64,000 nucleotides of DNA from Schmidtea polychroa (taxonomy: Eukaryota): the NCBI GenBank assembly GCA_044892525.1, contig CM097885.1:52144001-52208000 (forward strand), given 5' to 3'. The notes beneath the pieces were generated by a model. It worked only from the letters and a program-made list of their open reading frames with translations. It was not told the DNA's origin and did not search any database. A program made the position numbers and the translations under genes. Position 1 is the stretch's first letter, and every line of letters begins with the position of its first letter. This document shows positions 55,458 to 64,000 of this stretch, one piece after another.

Positions 55458-57010
55458 CTGGTTGTTAGTACTTGGTAGTTGGTTGTAGGTACTTGGTATC
55501 TGGTAGCTAGTTGATTGTTGGTACTTGTTAGGTGGTAGCTAGTTGTTAGTACTTGGTACTTGGTAGTTGGTTGTAGGTACTTGGTAGGTGGTAGTTAGTT
55601 GTTAGCTGGTTGTTGTTGGTTGTTAGTACTTGGTAGGTGGTAGTTAGTTGTTAGCTGGTTGTTGTTGGTTGTTGGTACTTAGTAGGTGGTTGTAGGTACT
55701 TAGTAGCAGGTAACTGGTTGTTAGTACTTGGTATCTAGTTGTTTGCTGGTTGTAGCTAGTTAATGGGTAGGTGGTTGTAAGTACTTGGTAACTGGTTGTA
55801 AGTATCTGGTTGTTTGAGAGTTAGTTAGTGCGTGGTATCTAGTTGTAAGTACTTGCTATCAGGTAACTAGTTGTTAGTAACTAGTTGTAGGTAATTAATG
55901 CTTAGTAGTTGGTAACTGGTTGTTAGTACTTGGTATCTAGTACCTAGTTAGCTGGTTGTAGCTAGTTAATTGGTAGGTGGTAGCTAGTTGGTTGTAGGTA
56001 CTTAGTAGCAGGTAACTGGTTGTTAGTAACTATTTGTAAGTATCTGGTTGTTGGCGGTTGTTAGTACTTGGTATCTGGTACCTAGTTGGTTGCTATCAGG
56101 TAACTAGTTGTAGGTATCTAGTTGTAGGTATCTGGTATCAGGTAACTGGTTGGTTGGTTGTTTTTGGTTAATAGTACTTGGTATCTAGTTGTAGGTTGTA
56201 GCTAGGTAATTGGTAGGTGGTTGTATGTACTTGGTAGTTAGTTGTAAGTACTTGGTACCTAGTTGGTTGGTTGTTTTGTTGTATGTACTTGGTAACAGGT
56301 AGCTAGTTGGTTGGTTGTTTTTGGTTGATAGTACTTGGTATCTAGTTGTAAGTATTTGGTATCAGGTAACTGGTTGTTAGTATCTAGTTGTAGGTTGTAG
56401 GTACTTAGTAGTTAGTAATTAATGCTTAGTACCTGGTTGTTGTTGGTTGTTAGTACTTGGTAGCTAGTTGGTATCTGGTACCTAGTTGGTTAATTGTTTT
56501 TGATTGTTAGTACTTGTTAGGTGGTTGTATTTACTTGGTATCAGGTAACTGGTTGTTAGTAACTAGTTGTAGGTTGATAAGGCTTAGTACCTGGTTGTTG
56601 ACGGTTGTTAGTACGTGATATCTAGTTGTAAGTACTTGGTAACTAGTTAATGGGTAGGTGGGGGTTGAGAGTTAGTTAGTACGTGGTATCTAGTTGTAAG
56701 TACTTGGTAGCAGGTAATTGGTTGTTAGTAACTAGTTGTAAGTACTTGGTAGCAGGTAACTGGTTGTTAGTAACTAGTTGACAGTGCTTATTACTAGGTA
56801 AGTTACTTGGTTGTTAGTACTTGGTATCTAGTACCTGGTTGGTTGTTTTTGGTTGTTAGTACTTAGTAGTTGGTTGTTAGTACTTGGTACCTAGTTGGTT
56901 GATGTTTTGGTTGTTGGTACTTGGTATCAGGTAACTGGTTGTAGGTATCTGGTTGGTAATACATGTTCGTAAGTTACTGGTTGTTGGTACTAAGTTGTTG
57001 ATTTGTTGTT
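55458..57010. repeat. Scrambled G/T-rich modular repeat (right arm)
   Basis: Uses the reverse-complement vocabulary of 43635-45045 but in a different module order. Confidence 0.9.
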
Positions 57011-59244
57011 GAATTATTATTAAAATTTGTCTTTGAAAAATATTTCATAAAAATTTCCATCTAAAATTATCATTGAAAAATATTTCATAAAAATTTCTAT
57101 TAAAAATTACCATTGAAAAATATTTCATAAAATTTTCTATTAAAAATTACTTAAAAAAAATATTCCATAAAAATTTTCATTAAAAATTACCATTGAAAAT
57201 TTTCATTAAAAAATTTCAATTCTCAAACACCTTCAACTTTTTGTAATTAAATTTTAAAATCTTACTTTAATTTACTTATTACATTACTTTAATTTACTTA
57301 TTTAAAAATTATTACTTTAATTTACTTATTTAAAAATTATTACTTATTTAAAAATTTTTACCATTGATTACTTAATTTTAAATTTAGACCTTAATTAACT
57401 TTAATTTAATTTTTTAGAACCTTAATTTACTTTAATTTAATTTTTAGAACCATTATTTACTGTAATTGAAAAATTTGAGCCATAATTAACTTTAATTTAA
57501 TTTTTAGAACCATTATTTACTTTAATTGAAAAATCTGGACCATAATTTACTGTAATTTAATATTTTAGAACCATAATTTACTTTAATTTAATTTTTAGAA
57601 CCATTATTTACTTTAATTGAAAAATTTGGACCATAATTTACTGTAATTTAATATTTTAGAACCATAATTTACTTTAATTTAATTTTTAGAACCATTATTT
57701 ACTTTAATTAAAAAATTTGAGCCATAATTAACTTTAATTTAATTTTTAGAACCATAATTACCTTATTTGAAAAATTTGAGCCATAATTAACTTTAATTTA
57801 ATTTTTAGAGCCATTATTTACTTTAATTGAAAAATTTGGACCGTAATTTACTGTAATTGAAAAATTTACCACGTTTTTTAGTGTAGACCACCTATTTCTC
57901 AGGACCAAGGAGACTCACCTCACTATAGTGTGAATAATCCTTGGCTTTTTTATTGATAGTAGGATTTTTGTATAGAAAAAAATTTTTCGTATTGAAAATC
58001 CCAGGACCAAGGAGACTCACCTCACTATAGTGTGAATAATCCTTGGCTTTTTTAGTGGTAGTCGGATTTTTGTATTGAAAAAAAATTTTTGTATTGAAAA
58101 TCCCAGGACCATCGAGACTCACCTCACTATAGTGTGAATAATCCTTGGCTTTTTTAGTGGTAGTCGGATTTTTGTATTGAAAAAAAATTTTTGTATTGAA
58201 AATCCCAGGACCATCGAGACCCCTCACTATAGTGTGAATAATCCTTGGCTTTTTTAGTGGTAGTCGGATTTTTGTATTGAAAAAAATTTTTTGTATTGAA
58301 AATCCCAGGACCATCGAGACCCCCTCACTATAGTCTGAAAATTCCTTGGCTTTTTTAGTGGTAGTCGGATTTTTGTATAGAAAAAATTTTTTGTATTGAA
58401 AATCCCAGGACCATCGAGACCCCCTCACTATAGTGTGAATAATCCTTGACTTTTTTATTGATAGTCGGATTTTTGTATAGAAATTCCCAGGACCATCAAG
58501 ACCCTCTCACTATAGTGTGATAAAAAAAAAATTTGGACCAAAAATCCCTGAAAGCAAAAAATGAGTTGGGAACAATTGCGTAATAAAAATTTGGGAACAA
58601 ACCCCCCCCCCCCCCCCCGGGGGGGGGTAATTGTTCCCGTAGGCCACTATCTACCTACTCAGGACCATGACTCAGCAGTATAGAAGTCTACCAGTATATT
58701 TTGAAACAGTAGGAATGTGATAATGTGAACGGGGTCCGACCGGTCGCCAGAGAATATTTCAATGCTCATAAACAAATCATAATGATCGAGCCAATAGAAA
58801 TGTTAATAAGTACCAGTATTTGTTTTTTTGTTTTGTCAACTTTAAAGTAGGCCCGTTTCAATTGAAACACGTGCAACGTGGTTAATCCGGCACTGATTAT
58901 GTTTAATTAGTAAATTGAAATGTAGTTGTTTTAACAAATCAAATAAGTATTTATATATTTTACATCATAATAAATCAATTACTTTTATTTAAATGCACAA
59001 AGATTCATGTTAAAACCAATTTAAAGTCAATATTTAATAAATTAAAAAAAAAACAAAGTTAAATGCTAAAATTAATTAAAATTTGGTTGAAGATATTAAT
59101 CATTGCTGTAGAATAAAATTTAACAAACTTGACAGGCCCGCAAACGAATGAAATAAAAACACTAATCATAAATTATAACATTTTTGAATTTTGATTTTAA
59201 TGACTTATTTTATATATATTATATATTATGTTGGGTTATTGCTA

Positions 59245-60075
59245 TTAAAGTAATAGGCTGTCTTTCTCATTTGCAATTGAACTCTGGTCAGTTTCATCAA
59301 CATATTTTTGGTAGAAAAACTTGGTTACTGATAAATGTAGTGCATGGTTTAAGCATAATACCGGTTCAACTGGACTTTATTATATTTTTGCATTACTGCT
59401 GCACCATCGTTGATTGAACATAAAATATGATGATCAAAATCTACGTTTAATCGGTTTTAATCGGTTTCTTATTATTGCCTGAATATATTTTGCATCACAT
59501 TTTCCAGTTATTCTTGCTAAACCAAGATTGTAATTTTCTTTGTCATCATACAAAATAATATTGCAATATCTTCTATTTTTGATGCTTGTCCATTCGTCTA
59601 CAGACAGCGAAAATCGTTTCCCCATAGAAATTTTGGACTGTAATTGTTCTACAAGTTGTATTTTTATTTTTTCGTAATAAACTTTTACCAATTCCATCGT
59701 GCCCGTTGAATTTTTTGGAAGCTTGTGTCCTAGTTTATTTATACTTTGCCGAATGAAAGACGAATTTGTGACGCCATAATAAGAGAAACCATCTAAAGCA
59801 ATTAGTCTAGACACAATCTCTTCTAAAGTTTCACGTTGTAAATAACTGGATATTAATATTTTATCCTTTTTAAATGTAGAGGCAGAAGTACTAGGACCTG
59901 CATCATTATCAGCTGCTTTTTTGATCAAAATTTTATGTACAAGTTTAAGGTGCGAAATCATTCCACTTGTTGAACCACCATCACATATAATAGATTTTTT
60001 ACATAATCTGCATATAGCTTCTTTATTACTGTCTTTTCGCTTTTCAAAATGCTCCCAAACATTTGAAGAACCCAT
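59245..60075 (-). pseudogene. hAT transposase (BED zinc finger, Ac-like), frameshifted and truncated
   Basis: VWEHF...CRLC...STSGMISHLKLVH BED finger and SVDEWTS first catalytic Asp in the ORF 59434-60075; shifted frames then give NDGAAVMQK and CLNHALHLSV (CxxH) before a stop at 59245. Confidence 0.9.
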
Positions 60076-60353
60076 ATTCTATTTAAACAATATTCTATTT
60101 ATTAAAAAATATTAATTTTTCAATATAATTTTATTTTAATAATAAATCAATAACGTTATAGATAAATCTTATATTACTTACGAGATTTTTTGTTTCTAAA
60201 AATTTGTTTCTATGTATTACGAAATATTATTTATTTTAAATAAAAAATCACAAAATCACATGCACAGTTCTTTAAGTAATTCAGTTTAACTGGTTTTTAT
60301 ATTTATTGTTATAGGATAAATATAATATTTTTTTATTTTGCACAGTAACCGTA

Positions 60354-63300
60354 AGTAGGTAGATAGTAGCCCACTGGAACAATTACCCCCCCCCGGTGGG
60401 GGGGGGGGTAAAATTGTTCCAACTTTTTATTACGCAATTGTTCCAACTCACATTTTTTGCTTTCAGGGATTTTTGGTCCAAATTTTTTTTTATCACACTA
60501 TAGTGAGGGGGTCTCGATGGTCCTGGGATTTTCAATACAAAAAAATTTTTTCTATACAAAAATCCAACTACCACTAAAAAAGCATGGAATTTTCACACTA
60601 TAGTGAGGGGGTCTCGATGGTCCTGGGATTTTCAATACAAATAAAATTTTTTCAATACAAAAAGGCGATCTTCAATAAAAAAGCATGGTAATTTAAGGTC
60701 TCAGGATATTTTCAATACAAATAGGCGGTCTACACTAAAAAAGCCAAGGAATTTTCAGACTATAGTGAGGGGGTCTCGATGGTCCTGGGATTTTCAATAC
60801 AAATTAAATTTTTTCTATACAAAAATCCGACTACCACTAAAAAAGTCAAGGATTTATCAGACTATAGTGAGAGGGTCTCGATGGTCCTAGGATTTTCAAT
60901 ACAAATAAAATTTTTTCAATACAAAAACGATGGTCCTGGGATTTTCAATACAAAAATCCGACTATCAATAAAAAAGCATGGAATTTTCAGACTATAGTGA
61001 GGGGTCTCGATGGTCCTGGGATTTTCTATACAAAAATCCGACTATCAATAAAAAAGCATGGTAATTTAAGGTCTCAGGATATTTTCAATACAAAAAGCCG
61101 GTCTACACTAAAAAAGCCAAGGATTTTTCAGACTATAGTGAGGTGAGTCTCCTTGGTCCTGAGAAATAGGTGGTCTACACTAAAAAAAAACGTGGTAATT
61201 TAAAGTCTCAGGATATTTTCAATACAAAAATCCGACTACCACAAAAAAAGCCAAGGATTTTTCAGACTATAGTGAGGTGAGTCTTCAATAAAGAAGCATG
61301 GTAATTTAAGGTCTCAGGATATTTTCAATACAAAAATCCGACTATCAATAAAAAAGCATGGATTTTTCGAATTAAATTAAGGTGGGTCTCCTTGGTCCTG
61401 AGAATTTCAATAGACAAAGGTGGTCTACACTAAAAAACGTGGTAAATTTTTTAAAATTACAGTAAATTATGGGTCTAAAAATTGAATTACAGTAAATTAT
61501 GGACTAAGATTTTTAAATTACAGTAAATTATGGTCCAAATTTTTCAATTAAAGTAAATTATGGTTCAAATTTTTCAAATAAGGTAATTATGGTCCTAAAA
61601 AATTAAATTACAGTAAATTATGGCTCAAATTTTCAAATAAGGTAATAATGGTCCTAAAAAATTAAATTACAGTAAATAATGGTTCTAAAAATTAAATTAA
61701 AGTAAATTATGGTTCTAAAATATTAAATTACAGTAAATTATGGTCCAGATTTTTCAATTAAAGTAAATAATGGTCCAAATTTTTGAATTAAAGTAAATTT
61801 AAGTTCTTAAAAATTAAATTACAGTAAATAATGGTCCAAATTTTTAAATTAAGTAATCAATGGTAAAAAATTTTAAATAAGTAAATTAAAGTAATAATTT
61901 TTAAATAAGTAAATTAAAGTAATGTAATAAGTAAATTAAAGTAAGATTTTAAAATTTAATTACAAAATAATAGAAGGTGTTTGAGAATTGAAATTTTTTA
62001 ATGAAAATTTTTATGAAATAATTTTTAAGTAATTTTTAATAGAAATTTTAATGAAATATTTTTCAATGGTAATTTTAGATGGATATTTTTATGAAATATT
62101 TTTCAATGATAATTTTAGATGGAAATTTTTAAGATAATTTTTAATGAAAATTTTTATGAAATATTTTTCAAAGACAAATTTTAATAATAATTCAACAACA
62201 AACCAACAACTTAGTACCAACAACCAGTAACTTATGAACATGTATTAACAACCAGATACCTACAACTAGTTACTAACAATCAGTTACCTGAGACCAGATA
62301 CCTACAACTAGATACCTACAACTAGTTACCTGATACCAACTACTAACAACCACCTACCCATTAACTAGCTACAACCAGCTAACAACTAGATACCACGTAC
62401 TAAATAACTCTCAAACAACCAAGTACTTACAACTAATTACCAGATACCAAGTACTATCAACCAGCTTACAACCTGATACCAACAACTAACAACCAACTAC
62501 CAAGTACTTACAACTAGATACTAACAACCAGTTACCTGATACCAAGTACCTACAACTAGATACCACGTACTAAATAACTCTCAAACAACCAAGTACCTAC
62601 AACTAATTACCAGATACCAAGTACTATCAACCAGCTAACAACCTGATACCAACTACTCACAACCAGATAACAACTAACAACCAGATACCAAGTACTTACA
62701 ACTAGTTACTAACAACTAGCTACCAACTACTAAGTACTAACAACCAACATCAACCAGGTACTAAGCATTATCAACCAAGTACTAACAACTAGATACCTAG
62801 TTACTAACAACCCGCTAACCACTAACAACTAGATACCAAGTACCAGTAAATTACGAACATGTATTAACAACCAGATACCTACAACTAGTTACTAACAACT
62901 AGTTACCTGATAGCAACCAACTAGCTACCAACTACTAAGTACCTACAACCAACATCAACCAGGTACTAAGCATTAATTACCAACTACTAAGTACCTACAA
63001 CCAACTAACAACCACCTACCAAGTACTAAGCATTATCAACCAACTACTAAGTACCTACAACCAACTAGCTACCACCTACAACTAGATACTAACAACCAGT
63101 TACCAACTACTAAGCAATAATTACCTACAACTAGTTACTAACAACTAGCTACCAAGTACATACAACCAGACACTAAGCATTATCAACCAAGTACTAACAA
63201 CCAAGTACAAGATACCTACTACTGTCAACTAGATACCAAACACTTACAACCAGATGACCACATGAAATTATTGGTTAAATATGAAAATAAGGGTTATAAT

Positions 63301-63623
63301 TAGTTGTTTAGTAAATTATGGTGTAAAATTAAGTAATAAAGCATAAATAGGTAAATTAAGGATAAGTAAATTAAAGTTAAAAAATTAAATTAAAGTTAAT
63401 TAAGGTCCAAATTTTAAAAATAAGTAATCAATGTTCTAAAAAATTAAATTAAAGTTAAATAAGTAAATTAAAGTAATAATTTTTAAAGAATTTAATTAAA
63501 GTAATAATTTTTAAATAAGTAATGTAATAAGTAAATTAAAGTAAGATTTTTAATTTTATTATCAAAAGATTGAATAACCACCAACTTTTTTGAGAAATGT
63601 AATTTATAATGAAAATTTAAATG

Positions 63624-63683
<60 letters not shown>

Positions 63684-64000
63684 TAATAATAATTCAACAG
63701 TTACCAACAATCGGTTACTGATTATTTTTTAACTAGGTGCTAACAAATACTTACAACTAGATACCACGTACTAACTAACTCTCAAACAACCAGATACTTA
63801 CAACTAACTACTAAATATTCTTCACTGTATTTTATGAAATGCTTTTTAAATTAATATTTTTTATACAGCTTCTATAATAATTTTAATTACAATCAGTAGA
63901 AAAACCTTTTCAAAATGTCTAAATTTAACAAAAATGTTGATTTTCATCAAAAAACCACAACTCAACCACTTTAAAACACCACGTGGAATTCAAAATAATT
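60354..64000. mobile_element. Giant Maverick/Polinton-like element family B, copy 2 (left portion, runs out of the window)
   Basis: Starts agtaggtagatagtagcccactggaacaattacccc, identical to 41941, and has the same ordered repeat zones; preceded by accgta. Confidence 0.9.
62195..63255. repeat. Scrambled C/A-rich modular repeat (copy 2)
   Basis: Same vocabulary as 43635-45045, shorter and in a different order. Confidence 0.9.

Larger units (their letters stand above)
41941..58659. mobile_element. Giant (16,719 bp) palindromic non-autonomous Maverick/Polinton-like element (family B, copy 1)
   Basis: Starts agtaggtagatagt, ends actatctacctact; perfect 6-bp TSD caggac (41935-40, 58660-65). The left arm ~41941-49803 mirrors the right arm ~50768-58659. 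No credible ORF in the six-frame track. Confidence 0.88.
40930..58895 (-). mobile_element. hAT element (~1.24 kb without the insertion) split by the giant palindromic element
   Basis: TIRs ctgggccggattaa (40930) / ttaatccggcactg (58895); perfect 8-bp TSD attatgtt (40922-29, 58896-903). Confidence 0.9.

Noticed and set aside
55458..57010. True telomeric repeat array
   Set aside because: G/T-rich but not a regular TTAGGG or TTAGG repeat, and internal to a mobile element.
57892..58428. 178-aa ORF and related short ORFs at 42062-42757 and 60383-60997
   Set aside because: Translations of subterminal tandem repeats; the frame is not preserved between arms or copies.
57905..58520. T7/T3/SP6 promoter-like strings (ctcactatag, acactatag) and BsaI sites (ggtctc) suggesting vector contamination
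   Set aside because: Only the 3' part of the phage promoters matches. The strings are part of a natural cactatagtg palindrome in diverged tandem repeats present at all three family-B ends.
41941..58659. Giant palindrome as a fold-back read or assembly artefact
   Set aside because: The arms differ by many substitutions and indels, there is a unique spacer and a 6-bp TSD, and the host hAT element resumes with its own TIR and 8-bp TSD.

Overview
Very AT-rich eukaryotic (animal) genomic DNA rich in (AAT)n microsatellites; a flatworm/planarian-like origin is plausible but is only my inference. The only host gene I can support is a minus-strand L1CAM/neuroglian-family cell adhesion gene. Five fibronectin type III exons (28191-27779, 24851-~24657, 17651-17388, 16632-16427, 7058-6904) are separated by long introns filled with hAT, pogo/mariner and Merlin-like DNA transposons and with Penelope-type repeats carrying minimal hammerhead ribozyme motifs. 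The dominant structure is a 16.7 kb, essentially non-coding, almost wholly palindromic element (41941-58659). It has ~7.9 kb inverted arms, a ~1 kb spacer, AGTAG...CTACT termini and a perfect 6-bp target site duplication (CAGGAC), which is the Maverick/Polinton integration signature. It is nested inside a hAT element. A second copy starts at 60354, and the end of a different family with the same kind of terminus occupies 1-4985. The two families share a conserved ~90-110 bp motif of iterated TACCCT boxes ending in TATA. All calls were made by eye, without database searches or alignments.
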